Source: the human T2T-CHM13v2.0 reference genome, Homo sapiens
Length of the DNA: 64,000 bases
NCBI RefSeq assembly: GCF_009914755.1
Contig: NC_060937.1
Strand: one strand, 5' to 3'
The notes under the pieces were generated by a model. It searched no databases and had not been told where the DNA came from. It saw only the letters and a list, made by a program, of their open reading frames with translations. How positions within the stretch are numbered: position 1 is the stretch's first letter; every line of letters starts with the position of its first letter. A program made the position numbers and the translations under genes. This document shows, in pieces, positions 14,890 through 27,345 of this stretch.

Positions 14890-15657
14890 CTTTTTGTTAT
14901 GGAGGTAAAAATTACATAACATAAAACTAACCATTAAAAGTGAACAATTCAGTATATTTAGTACATTCATGTTTTGCAACCACCACCTCTGTCTAGTTCC
15001 AAAACATTTTCATTACCCCCAAATTAAAATCCTGTATCCATTAAACAGTAACTCAACTCTTTCCCCTCAAAATCACCAGTCTGTTTTCTGTCTCTATGGA
15101 TTTACCCACTCTGATTATTTCATGTAAATGGAATCATACAGTGTGTGCTATGGTTTAGATATGGTTTGTTTGCCTCCACCGACACACACATGTTGAAATT
15201 TGAACCCCAGCATGGCAGTATTGGGAAGTGGAGCCTACTGGAAGGTGTTTGGGTTACGGGAGTGGATCCTTCATGAATGTCTTGGTACTGTTCTCCCAGT
15301 AGTGAGTGAGTTCTCATTTTTAGGAGAATGGATTAATTTTCATGAGAAAGGATTAGTTCTCACGGGAGTCAGTTGTTAACTCCCTTAAGACATCCTTTGC
15401 ATTTCCCTCTTTTTGCACATATCTGTTTCCACTTTGACCTTCTTTCCCACTCTCCATCTCATGTTGTGATGCAGCATGAAAGCCCTTGTCAGATGCCAGG
15501 GACATGTCCTTGAACTCCTCAGTCTGCGAAACTGTGGCCTAGATAAGCCTCTTTTTTTTTTATAAATTACCCAGTCTTAGATATTCTTTAATAGCAATAC
15601 AAAATGGACTAAGACAATATGTGTAACCTTTTATGCCTGGCTGCTTTCACTTAACAT
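14890..15657 (-). mobile_element. L1MB-type 3' end, split by an MST LTR
   Basis: caattcagtatatttagtacattc...ctgtctctatggatttacc...aatggaatcataca, resuming after 15616 with ctggctgctttcacttaacat. Confidence 0.8.
15146..15616 (+). mobile_element. MST (MaLR) solo LTR, MSTB-like
   Basis: Termini tgctatggtttagatatggtttgtttg ... tataaattacccagtc...aaatggactaagaca. Decayed 5-bp TSD gtgtg/atatg. Confidence 0.85.
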
Positions 15658-15689
15658 CTAATACTGCTTTCTTTTGTGTTTGATTTTTT

Positions 15690-18150
15690 TTTCTAGTGTA
15701 CCCTTTTGATTCCCTTTTCACTGCTTTTTCTGTATACTTTTTAGTTATTTTCTTACTGATTTACCATGAGTATTACAATTAATATTGCAAGTTTATAGCA
15801 TTCTAGTTTGAAATGGTGCCAGTGTAGCTTCAATAGCATATAAGAACCCTGCTGCTGTATAGCTCTGTTCCCCCTTTATGTTATTTTTACTAATTTTATC
15901 TTTGTATATTGTATTAATATAGATTTATAGTTATTGTTTTGTGCACGAGTCTTTTAAATCACCTGGGAAAAAGAAGTGGTACAACCCCAAAATACGTAAA
16001 TAATGAATTTTATGTTTACCTATGGTTACCTTTACCTGTGATTGTTATTTCTTCATATAGCTTTGAGTTCCTATGAAATGTCCTTTCCTCTCAGCCTGAA
16101 GTATTTCTCTTTAGCATGTCTTATAGGGCAGGCCTAGCTCCTTTAGCTACTGTATATCTGGGAATGTCTTCATTTCTCCTTTATTTTAGTAATTTTGCCA
16201 AGCATAGCATTTTTGGTTAAGTTTTTTTTTCTTTCAGCTTTTTAAATATTTTACCCCATTGTATTCTGGGCTCCAAGGTTTCTGATGAGAAATTGGCAGT
16301 TGATTTTATTAAGGATTGCTTGTGTATAATAAGTTGCCTCTTTCTTTCTGTTTTCAAGATTCTCTCTTTTGTTATTGGCTTTTGATGGTTTGAATATAGT
16401 ATGTCTCAACATAGATCTCTTTGAGTTTATCCTACTTGGAGTTTGTTGAGCTTTGTGGATATGTAGATTCATGTCTTTCATCAAATTTGGGAGTTTTCAG
16501 TTATAATTTATTCAGATATTCTTTCTGCCTCTTTATCTCTCTGTTTTTCTTTTGGAACTCCCATTTGCATGTGTTGGTATGCTTGATAGTATACCACAGG
16601 TCTCTAAGGCTCTGCTTATTTTTCTTCTTTTTTCTTTCTACTTCTCAGTATGATTTAACAGTATATAAAATATGCATAGGAGTATCTTCACATTTGCTGA
16701 GTCTTTCTTCTGCCTGCTCACTTCTGCTATTGAACCCCTTTAGTGAATTTTTTACTTCAGTTAAACTTTTCAATTTAAGAATTTCTGTTTGATTCGTTTT
16801 TATAATTTCTATCTCTTTACTGATATTAGCTATTTGCTTATACATTGCTTTCTTTATTTCCTCTACTTTTTTTGTCCATGTTTCCATTTCCATTTAAGAC
16901 AGTTAATTTAAAGTTGTTGTCTAGTAAGCCCAGTGTTTGAGCTTCTTGGGGAATAGTTTCTGTCAATTTATTTTTTTCCTATGAATGGGACATACTTTTT
17001 TGTTTTTTGGTATGCCTTGTAATTTTTTTTTTGAAAACTAGTTGTTTTGAATATTGTTATATGGTATCCCTGGAAATCAGATTCTCTCCCCTAACCACGG
17101 TCTATTATTGTTGACTCTTGAGGGCTGCCATCTGTTTAGTGATTTTTCCAAAGGTTGCATTCTTTACTGTGTATCATTACTGAAGCCTCTGTTCTGTTGA
17201 CATATGGTTACTGACATTTCCATTTTGTTATCTCATTGGTCAGCCAGTTATGTGACAGAGGATTTCCTTAAATGTCTGGAACCAAAAAGAAAAGAAAAAA
17301 ACAAAACACCAAACATTTTTCTAGTCTTTGCAGCTTAGTTCTGACCTAAGTCATTCCCTCAATGCTAAACCAGGTCACCCATGACTCTGCCTTAGCCTTC
17401 ACCTCCTGCTGTGCAGAACACACAGATCCACCAGTGGGGCAAACCTATGGTCCTCTCAGGTCTTCTCCAAGCATGTGGCAGTCCTAGGCATGGATTTTTC
17501 ACCCTAGCTTCCACAGCGTATACATTTTTTATTCCCTCTAGAAACTTCCTTCTTAGCCTCTGCCTTCCCTGCTTTTTGGTCTGTCCCTTACTAGTTTTTA
17601 TTCCCTCTAGAAACTTCCTTCTTAGCCTCCACCTTCCCTGCTTTTTGGTCTGTCTTTTGCTTCCCCATCCATTGTCCGAGGCATAGGTAGTGTGTGTCTT
17701 GAAATCTTTCAACAGATGCCACTGCTGCCTGAAATGCCACTGCAGCCCAAGGGAGCAGGAATGAAACAAGTACCAGCCTCTGTGCAGCCCCTCAGGGAAC
17801 AGCCAGGCAGGTCAAAATACATACCTGCAGTATTTTAAGAATAAGGTTTACTTTAGCTCCCTGATACCAGCAAGCCACACTAGGAGGGCAGGCCACCATC
17901 CCCATGGCTGCCCTATGGTGCTGGGGTTAGAGCATGGTGGGCAAGTGAGAGAAAAGACCCCAGTGCTTTCTTACTCAAATCCAGCTGCCTTTTTCTTCAT
18001 TCGGCATATTCCTTACTATCATAGGTTTTTAATTAACTCCTAGAGTTCTGAAAAAGCTGGTTGTGTCAGTATTTGTTAGCTTACTTATTATTTTAGTTCA
18101 GGGACCACTTGTTTGAGTGCCCTACTCCACCATTTTGTATGATGTGATTT
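15690..18150 (-). mobile_element. Old L1M 5' portion (5'UTR plus decayed ORF1)
   Basis: Minus-strand ORFs 16251-16484 (KAQQTPSRINSKRSMLRHTIFK) and 16645-16893 (NQTEILKLKSLTEVKNSLKGFNSRSEQAEERLS) match L1 ORF1p. Confidence 0.8.
17526..17654. repeat. Local 60-bp direct duplication with a 9-bp spacer
   Basis: 17526-17585 and 17595-17654 match at 58/60 positions (TG vs CA). Confidence 0.92.
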
Positions 18151-18914
18151 GGTAGTTCCTTCTGAAGGAAGATAGTCCCACTGCATAGAAATCTAAGTAT
18201 GAATATTTTCAATGAAACATGCTGTTATTCAGGCAGCCTTTTCTGCCTGAGGTTATTGAATCAGACGTTCTGCAGTCTCTTGCCCTGGTGTTGAGCCCTG
18301 GGAGCTGGATGGAGTCTGAGGTGGGTTGTTCTCATCCTCTTCCCCCTTGCTGCAGGTTCCCTCTCTGAATTTCCTGGCACAATGCCCTGCTGTCTTAAAT
18401 GTTTACTAATATTTGCTAAAAAAATGATTATTTCAGTTTAGCTATATAAGGTGAAAATGGTTTCCCATTTTCAGAAGACTGGTTTACCACCTTTTGGCTG
18501 GCACACCTGTATAGCTAACATAAATGTGATTTAAAATTTAAATGAATTTGCGGAGCCTGAAAGAGCCTCTTCTTTGACTACCCTGGAGAAAAACAGGTAG
18601 CAACACTTTATGTCTTAGATGATGTTCCTCCTGATGCCTTAATTAGAAACTTGTAGATTTACTTGCAGTCCAGCTATGTGCTCATTTGCACAGTTTAGTC
18701 TAAAGGCTTTACCTAGAGTCACAACTTGATTGTTGTCCAACTCACACTGGGCCACTAACACTGCAAGCTTGACCTATATGTGAAATCATGGAGCTGGTTC
18801 CTCATCAATTTCATGACTGAAAAGTTTGTTTACTTCCTTTCTTCTTGTTGGCAGTTCTGTTAAGTGTCTTGCTTCAGCTGTGTCTGCAGCCTCTGGACAG
18901 GTATAGTGGAGCAG

Positions 18915-19984
18915 TGTTGCGGGAAGTCAGGGACCCCAAACGGAGGGACCGGCTGAAGCCATGGCAGAAGAACGTGGATTGTGAAAATTTCATGGACATT
19001 TATTAGTTCCCCAAATTAATACTTTTATAGTTTCTTATGCCTGTCTTTATTGCAATCTCTAAACATAAATTGTTAAGATTTCATGGACACTTATCACTTC
19101 CCTAGTCAATACTCTTGTGATTTCCTATGCCTGTCTTTACTTTAGTCTCTCAATCCTGTCAGCTGAGGAGGATGTATATCGCCTCAGGACCCTGTAATAA
19201 TTGCATTAACTGTACAAATTGTACAGCATGTGTGTTTGAGCAGTATGAAATCTGGGCACCTTGAAAAAAGAACAGGATAACAGCAATTGTTCAGGGAATA
19301 AGAGAGATAACCTTAAACTCTGACCGCCGGTGAGCCAGGCGGAACAGAGCCATATTTCTCTTCTTTCAAAAGCAAATGGGAGAAATATCGCTGAATTCTT
19401 TTTCTCAGCATGGGATATCCCTGAGAAAGAGAATGTGTACCTGGAGGTAGGTCTCTAAACTGGCCCCCCTGGGTGTGGTCGTCTCTTATGGTCGAGACTG
19501 CAGAGGTGAGATAGACTCCAGTCTCCCATAGCGCTCCCAGGCTTATTAGGAAGAGGAAATTCCCACCTAATAAATTTTGGTCAGACCGGTTGATCTCAAA
19601 ACCCTGTCTCCTGATAAGATGTTATCAATGACAATGGTGGCCAAAACTTCATTAGCAATTTTAATTTTGCCTCGGTCCTGTGGTCCTGTGATCTCGCCCT
19701 GCCTCCACTTGCCTTGTGATAGTCTATTACCTTGTAAAGTACTTGATGTCTGTGACCCACACCTATTCACACACTCCCTCCCCTTTTGAAACTCCCTAAT
19801 AAAAACTTGCCGGTTTTTGCAGCTTGTGGGGTATCACGGGACCTACCGACGTGTGATGTCTCCCCCGGATGCCCGGCTTTAAAGTTTCTCTCTTTTGTAC
19901 TCTGTCCCTTTATTTCTCAAGCTGGCCAACACTTAAGGAAAATAGAAAAGAACCTACATGAATATCGGGGCAGGTTCCCCAATA
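18915..19984 (+). mobile_element. MER11 (HERV-K11/HML-8) solo LTR, full length
   Basis: Starts TGTTGCGGGAAGTCAGGGACCCCAAACGGAGGGACCGGCTGAAGCC and ends aatatcggggcaggttccccaata. AATAAA at 19798-19803. Perfect 6-bp TSD GAGCAG (18909-18914 / 19985-19990). Confidence 0.95.
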
Positions 19985-22900
19985 GAGCAGCGTACTATTT
20001 TGCTCAGTGGGGGACACTGTAGGTCATAGAGTCCATCTTGGATGGGTATCAACTTGAAGTTAGTGTCTGCCTGCCTGCCTGTCTCTCATATGTTTGTTTG
20101 GGGGGCCTATCTGTATATATACTTTTGTCTTATTTGAAGATTCCAGTTTTTTTCATAGAGAGGCAGTAAAAGATGCCCAAGGATGTTCTGACTCCCTTTC
20201 AACTTATCCTTGTAAGGCACCATAGAGAAAGTATCTTAGGTCTTTTGTTTTTTCAGACTGTGGCATCATCAGCTTTTCTCCAAAGTGCTGGCTGCCTCTC
20301 ACAACATCACTGCAGTGTGTGTTGTCTTGCTGGCAGAGTCTTTCCATTTCTCTTTGGGGTGGGAATGGAGGCAGGAAGATATTCTTTTCTAGCACATTTG
20401 GCAAGGGGAGTTCAATTCAAAACTCTAAGGAATTGGTTTTTCAAATCTGTGCCACCTTTGTTCTTTTTTTAAAAAAAGGACATTTAATATTTCTCAAGTG
20501 CAAACTTCTCATTCTGGCTGCTATTTATTTTCTTCATTCTCTAAATTTATTCTGTCAGCGTTTCTGAAGCTGCCTCTGCTGGTTGCCAGGCAGTGGCTTT
20601 ACTCCTTTTGGAGTAAAGATGAATCTGACCCCAGGGTAGGATCAAAATCTGTACCAGTAGATCCCAGTTCTGGCTTTTTGAGCTAATATAGTCAATCTAA
20701 TTTCCCTTGCATGTGATAGCTATTAAAACATTTTAAGACTGTGAACATGCTTATTTGAGACCGGAAGAGACTGGGTCACAGAGGAAGAAGGAGGCAATTA
20801 CAGAGTGGGAGTGGGCAGGCTTTGGTGGTTTGGAGACTTTGGGAGACATGAATAATATAAGGGATTGGTGGAAAAGAGGGAGGGAGCAGGGTAGAGACAA
20901 GAACCTTTGGTCAGCTTGTATTTTTTAGGGTCAGTATTCTCTGGCAATAATCTCTCCAGCTTCTTTGGAACGAAAACATGAATAGTGTATTAGATTAAAA
21001 ATCACAGGACTCCCAGGCTAGCATTAATTCTCCATTCAACCCTGCCTCTTTCCTACCATGATGGACAAGGCAAGGAGATGAGGGACAGAATGCTTTCTCC
21101 TCCGCCTCTCACTGTTCCTGTGATTTTCAGATTGTACTATTAGCAGAGTTCTGCAGACACTATAACAGCGAATACTGATGATCTTCTATAAATGTATGTG
21201 GAATTCTATTTGATGATTCTTGTTTAACGCCACAGAAATTTTGGATAGGATACAAGAAGATTACCCATGATGTGGCAAATGAGACCAGTTGGGATAGCTA
21301 CAAAGCAGAGACTCTGACTTCTGTATACTGCACAGGAAATGGATTCTCCTAACTGTCCTCCTGTCATGTATGATACCAATGTAATTATAGAAATAGAAGT
21401 CAAACATATTTTAACAAATGTGGTACTGGAAAATCATACAGCTCTACTGGCTAATTTTCCTTAATTTCATGATGTTTTACAAATTGGCATTTATTGCTCC
21501 CTGTCTACGCTGACTCGTTTCTCTACTAAGCTTGCTTTTTTCCTACCCCAGACACAGATCTGATCATAATCTTCCATATATCCCACCCAAACAGCTATTG
21601 GTGCGTAGGAAAAATGGTTTAGGCTGATAAAGAATGATTCACGGCAATGGAAAGAAAGCCAGCCACTGAAGTAACTTATAAAATGAGTCCAGTAATTCAG
21701 ATGTATTTATAATTTTATTTGCCTGTGTGGTCCTAGTTAGACTTGGCTCTGCACAGGGAAAGGAGGGGAAAAAGAAACAATTTTAGGGGAAAAAGTGAAA
21801 GATGGTACAAAAATTTGGTGAAAATTACATAGTCCATATGCCGCTTTGTCATCATTAAGCTAATGTTTTCAACAAGCTGTTTTTTGTGGTTCAGCAGAGG
21901 AAACTCGGCAGTGTGATTGCAGTCATGGAATCCTACCTGGCTTTGGTTCCACCATGGCTACATCCTGCCATAAACGGAGACTTCGGGAAGGTCTAGGAAA
22001 TATTGTGGTGTTAGTGTCTTTAGTTAAAAGCCAACCATTCAAGGTTGTCTGGCCCAAAGTAACGTTTCCACACTTAGAGAAGCCACCCAACCTCTGCCCC
22101 TGTTTAGGCTAGTGTGAACAAATTCATCCTGGCCATGTTGTCTTCTCAGAACTCCTATGAGGGTCCAGATGTGTCCCCCCCCGAAAACTAAATCTATAAG
22201 GACCTTTGGCTCTTTTAGCTGCTTTATTTTTTGTTTTCAACCATGTATGAAAGTGAGTGTGCAAAATAGGCTTTTCAATAAATTATGCATCCTTCAATAA
22301 TATATCGTTTCCATTCCAGTTAGCTTTAGGCCCCCAAACCAGATCATTAGGTCTCTGGAATTGGCTGAGGCAAGCTGGCTTTTATGTCTCTGATGCCTCT
22401 TGGCCCATCCTTTTCACCAAGAGAGGATTAGAATGGATTCATTGCAAGGGCTGCAGGGAAGTGGTGTATTTAGTGCTTTGCAGTGCCTGCCACAGACTTG
22501 AGTGTCAAATTCCTCCTTTCTCTAAAGAGCATAAAATTCCCATCAGACTTGGAGAGCTAAATGCAATTGAAACATTGAGGGGAAGAGTGTTCCTTGGCAC
22601 ATTTTCCCCACCCGGAGATCCTCAACAGTACGTTTCCTCCCGTGTAGTGACTATTAGGAGTGCAAAACCTGAATACTTTTTCAAAATTAGAATGACCACA
22701 ATAGTAAATAGGACAGAATGGGAGTGGTATTGAAGTAAGAATTTGCTTATAGAATTAAACCAAATCCAAATTATTTCTCACTCGCCTTCAAAAGATAATT
22801 TTGAGCTTTTGAACATAGCAGATTTGCTGGTCGTGCTACTGAGTAGTTTGAAAGCAAATTTCAGTCACCAAAAGGACGTAAGTCTAGAAGGACCCTTTAC

Positions 22901-23860
22901 TTCTTTCTGTTGTCTGTTTTAATGGGTGCATTCTGGAACCAAATGCGAGTCATCCTGTTTTATCTTTTTCCCTTTGCCCCTAAGTTTCAGTTGCTTGTCT
23001 GAGTGTACAGCTAGATTGTTTGCCTTTTGTAAAGGTGAGCATATGAAGCAGACATGGTGGAGCCTTGGGGCCCTAGTAGTGCAGAATTTTTGGAATGGCA
23101 GCAATGTTACCTCTATAGTGTCAGCTTTGTTCTTTGGATTTGCATTGCATGACCCGTAATACCAGGTGGAGGAAACCATGTTGAATTTCTCTGGGGGCCA
23201 CTGCTCAGCAGTTGTCAATCTTTAAGTGCTTAAAAATGTCTAGCATTCTTCCTTTCCAGAGGGCATCCTGTGTTTACACATTTACGCCGTCAAAATCAAG
23301 CCTAGTGGATAGAGGAGTTGTAGAACAGGGCAGACAGAATCAAATCAGGCCTGGTGTAGAGGTGTACCTTGGGAAATACCTCCAGTTGTTTTCAGACACT
23401 TGCAAATATGTGTAAATAATAAGTTTTATCAGATAGCTTTTTATTTTAATATTTTGGGAAATGGGATAACACAACCTTTTCTTGTGAATATCTTTTGTTC
23501 TTTTAATAGAATGTGAAATCATTACACTCTAAGTAGCAAGACAAGAATATCATGTAAACATGTTCTGGAAGATCTGGGCTTTAATTTTGTTGTGATTAGT
23601 GTATTTCAGAGAGTGAACATGTTTGGAAGAGTATTGAAAATACTCTCCTGGGTTGTGCTGGTGTTCATGGGTTGGACAAGCTCACCTTTGACAGGCAGGC
23701 TTGGATGCTGCTGATGGAGTTACAGAGAGGGCTTTGCATGTGAAAAAATGACATTTTAAGTTGAAATGCCATAATTAATCATTTCCCCCTTTGATTCATG
23801 TTATAGAAACCAAATTAACATAATTAAATTATTTTTACAATCATATATTAATAGAAATGA

Positions 23861-23983
23861 AAAATACTCAAGGTATTGGAGACCCCAAATATCCTGACTT
23901 GATCCTTATTCTATACATGTCAAAAATACTTACATGTAACCCATAAGCGTGTAAAATATTGTATCTTAATAAAAGAAAAAAAA
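23861..23983 (+). mobile_element. L1MA extreme 3' end with poly-A
   Basis: ccccaaatatcctgacttgatc...tacatgtaacccataa...aataaaagaaaaaaaaa. Confidence 0.7.
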
Positions 23984-24677
23984 ATGTATATGTATATTTT
24001 AAGAATCAGTAGTGCCTTGAAGGATAAATATTCTAATAGGTAGGCAGTGGTTAACTGCAAGTGATCTGATTGGTGGTCTGGATCAGAAAATTGGAATTTC
24101 AAATTAGAGAATATGTTTCTGACTTGACATCATAAGCATAGATGTCTTTAAAATGCTTTTAATATTCACAGGCATTTGGGGAAGAATGAGCTAGATTCTT
24201 TTTTCCCTCATCTAGCTTAGATATTTCTACATTTGCTATCCTCAGTACATCATATCTCAGTAGCTCTTCCCCCGGCTTGAGTTGTCCTGGAAAGGTGCAG
24301 ACCTCATGAGAGGTGGAGGATGGCAGGGAAATAACCAGGTCATCTCAGGGGTCTGCAGAAGGGTAACATCTAATTGAGTTCTGAGACCACACGTGAACTC
24401 TGCCTCAGGACATTGCAGCCCTTGTCCTGGCCACACACTTTATTGCATGTGAGTGCCCCACACTACCCAACCAGCTCAACCAGCTTCACTCTGCCTCACG
24501 AGAAAGCTCTTATTTTACCTGTGCCAAAGTAAAAAAGGTTGAAGTTTGCCAAGTGGAAAGGAAAAGACAGACAACACATTAAGTGATTTTTTAAAAAAAA
24601 TTTTTATATATTCCTTCTGGAAACTGTTTTTGTGTTTGACTTGATGAAAGTATACATGTATACTTGTATACATGTTG

Positions 24678-25623
24678 TAGAAAACTATAACAGAGAATAC
24701 AGGCCAGTATTCTCTGTAGTCGATTAAAATCTCTTATTGGTAGAGTTATTCAATAGGGAACTCCCAATTTGACAAGTTAAAACTCCTAAACAAAAAGGTG
24801 TCTTATGTTTTGTAGTCTTGCTCTTTTGAAGGGATTTAGGAAACCTCTAACTTCTTTTTTTGTTTTTCTTTTCCTAGTGCCTTTGTTATTGGGAAGAGGA
24901 ATTTTTATTTTCTTTTCCAGAGGAAGGGAAATCTCTGGGCCAGATCATTGCCTGGGACAGGATTCTCTTGCTAAATGCCCTGCACACCATCTTCCATCCT
25001 ACTGCAGCAGACTCACCTTTTAAAAACTCTTCTATTGTGGCATCAGCTTAGTCTAGAAGTCTGCTGCCCACTATGGTCTCTGCTAGCCACATGGGGCTGT
25101 TTAAACTCAAATTAATTAATGTTAAATAAAATCAAGGTTTTAGTTCCTCAGATGCACTCACCACATTTCAAGTGTTCAGTAGGCACCTGTGGACAGTCCA
25201 GAACATTTCGAGCATCATAGAAAGTTTTATTGGACAACATTGATTAGATCCATAATGGTTTTCAATTTCTTTAAGACTTTAAATGTGAACTCTTTAGCCT
25301 GGCCTGTAAACCTGCCCAAATTTTGCCATCTGTAGATATTGAATATAATTTACCAGAAGGGAGAATGCAGAAGGTAGTCAAGAAAATCCATGTTGGTATA
25401 ACTCATGTGAGACCCGGGTGGTGGTGGAGAGACATTTAATTCCCTTCTGAAGAAGGCATGGCACTTGGACAGACAGGAGGTAGTCCAGGTAGCTCTGGGA
25501 TAATGTGTGAACATGAAGATTAATTTGAGGAGTATAGAAGATTTTGATCTTGGTGAAGGGTAAGGTGAATAGAGGACAACGGGAGAGAGATAGGTGGCCT
25601 GTATTCTCTGTTATAGTTTTCTA
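24678..25623. repeat. Perfect 29-bp inverted repeat pair with an 888-bp spacer
   Basis: TAGAAAACTATAACAGAGAATACAGGCCA (24678-24706) and its exact reverse complement (25595-25623). Confidence 0.95.
25059..25242 (-). mobile_element. MER3-like hAT-Charlie fossil
   Basis: gctagccacatgggg...ccacatttcaagtgttcagtaggcac...catagaaagttttattggacaacattg. Confidence 0.7.
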
Positions 25624-26599
25624 TAGGGGACTGTCTTCTCATGGTCTTCAGCCTGTGTTTGAATTCAAACATTTCAGTCTCCTTTGTCCTCAAAAAGAGA
25701 ACATGAAGGAGTGGATTCACTCATGGCAAAGCAGATGGGAACAGGGGTGTTAGTGAATAGTGTGGACTTCAGACTTTAAGGAATGATGATGAGAGTTAGT
25801 GGTCCACAGATTCTGGAAGGAGCACTGTGGTGATCTGGTGCGAATGAGAGGGGGTGGGGGATATTACAGAGGGTTATGAGGCAAGTAATACCTTTACAGA
25901 AAGTCAAATTTTAATGATGGAAAGAATGCAGGAATGTAAGAACTTTAAGATGAACAGAACATGACTCATGATAGCTCAGACGACCCAGAAGATAGAGTGG
26001 ATAAGTAATAGAGGTGCAGGTGGTTCTTGATGACAAGAACTTGGCCTTCAACTCTGTGTCCCTAGCACCTGTCAAGGCACTTGATGATTAATGGATTCTG
26101 TTAAACACTTGTTGCCTCTGTGGGGAAAGCTGGGCTCACCAAGCTAGTAGTTGTGGAGTATGGGGGAAAACAGAGTTCTGTGTCTCAGGCGGTAATTTCA
26201 GCAACAAGTGAAGAAGGCAGATAATAGGCTGGGGAGAAGGGTAGAGGCACTTAGTGACAGGCTGGCAGCAGGTGGAGGATATGGCCGGGAGTATTGCTGA
26301 GTTTATAGGATTAAAAGGCCCCACTGGAGAGCTGCTGAGTTGATTGAATTCCCTAGACCCCAGATGCCAAGGTAAATGCCACTGGGGCAGCTCTAGCACT
26401 TTTCAATAGTGCTGCCTGTGGCCCTGAGAGTGTGCCAGCAGGTGGGGTTCTTCTGAGGCAGGAGGGCAGGACTGGTGGAGTCAAGCAGAGGGAGCCAGCT
26501 CTGCAACACAGCTCCTGGGTGGCAGCTTGCCTTCCAGCACACGTGTTATGCAGCAGAGACCTGGTAAAGCCTTGTTTGGAAAGACAACTTTGGCAGCAG

Positions 26600-26825
26600 G
26601 ATAGCTGGAAAGCCCTACCTTGGAAATTAGTCCTGGGGTTGAATTGTAGCTGTGCCACTCACTTGCTCCGTGACCTTGGGCAAGTCAGTTCACCTCTAAG
26701 GCTTCCTCATAAAATGAGGAGAATAATTCTTAATCTCCCTGTCACTGGAGGCTGCTTTGTGGAGGAAAGCGATGTATGTGAAAGCATGCAGTAAGCTGTA
26801 ACATGCTACAAAAATGCAAGTTATT
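26600..26825 (+). mobile_element. MIR
   Basis: tgtgccactcacttgctccgtgaccttgggcaagtcagttcacctct...taaaatgag. Confidence 0.75.
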
Positions 26826-26959
26826 TATAAGTTGGGTTTCAGGGGCAAAGAAAGACAACTCAGTGAAGATGTCTTTACAGTAATCACTGTGAGTTAATGA
26901 CAACATGAATCAAGAATATGATAATGGAAAAATTAGGGAGACAACAGAAATAAAGGCTT

Positions 26960-27345
26960 CTAGTAAGAATTTTAAAATTACACTTGGAAACCAGGTAAGC
27001 AATGGGAGGAAGGCAATAGGATGAAGGAGAATGAAGGCTAGTAAAAGATAGTAGGATTCTGGGTTTGAATGGTTGAGAGAATGGTGGCAACATTAACCTA
27101 GAGGCAGAAAGAGGGAAATACTGGAAATCAAGATGATAGGCTTTGTTTTGGACTTATTAAATTCTCTGTACTACTGGAACATCCTGATAAAAAATGGTAA
27201 CAGGACATTCTGGTTGTAAGCACAGTGAAAAAATTGAGACTGAGTTTGGAAGCCAGCCACCAGAAGCAGTGTTTGAGGTTTTGCAACAGAATGTTATCAC
27301 CCAGGCAGCCATGTAGCATTAGAAGAAGGCCAGGGATAAACTTTG
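26960..27345 (-). mobile_element. L2 fragment
   Basis: Purine-rich degenerate antisense L2 pattern. Confidence 0.4.

Noticed and set aside
16251-16893. Coiled-coil ORFs on the minus strand
   Set aside because: Decayed L1 ORF1 fragments.
18985-19150. Diverged tandem repeat (tttcatggaca...tatgcctgtcttta)
   Set aside because: Intrinsic to the MER11 LTR consensus as I recall it.
22257-22733. Longest ORF in the track (158 aa)
   Set aside because: Non-ATG start, no recognisable domain, no promoter or exon context. Compatible with chance.
24678-25623. Novel DNA transposon with 29-bp TIRs and outer TA dinucleotides
   Set aside because: The interior is a patchwork of old MER3/L2-like and unique sequence with no transposase. 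Perfect TIRs are implausible for long-extinct primate DNA transposons. Reported as a repair or inversion scar instead.
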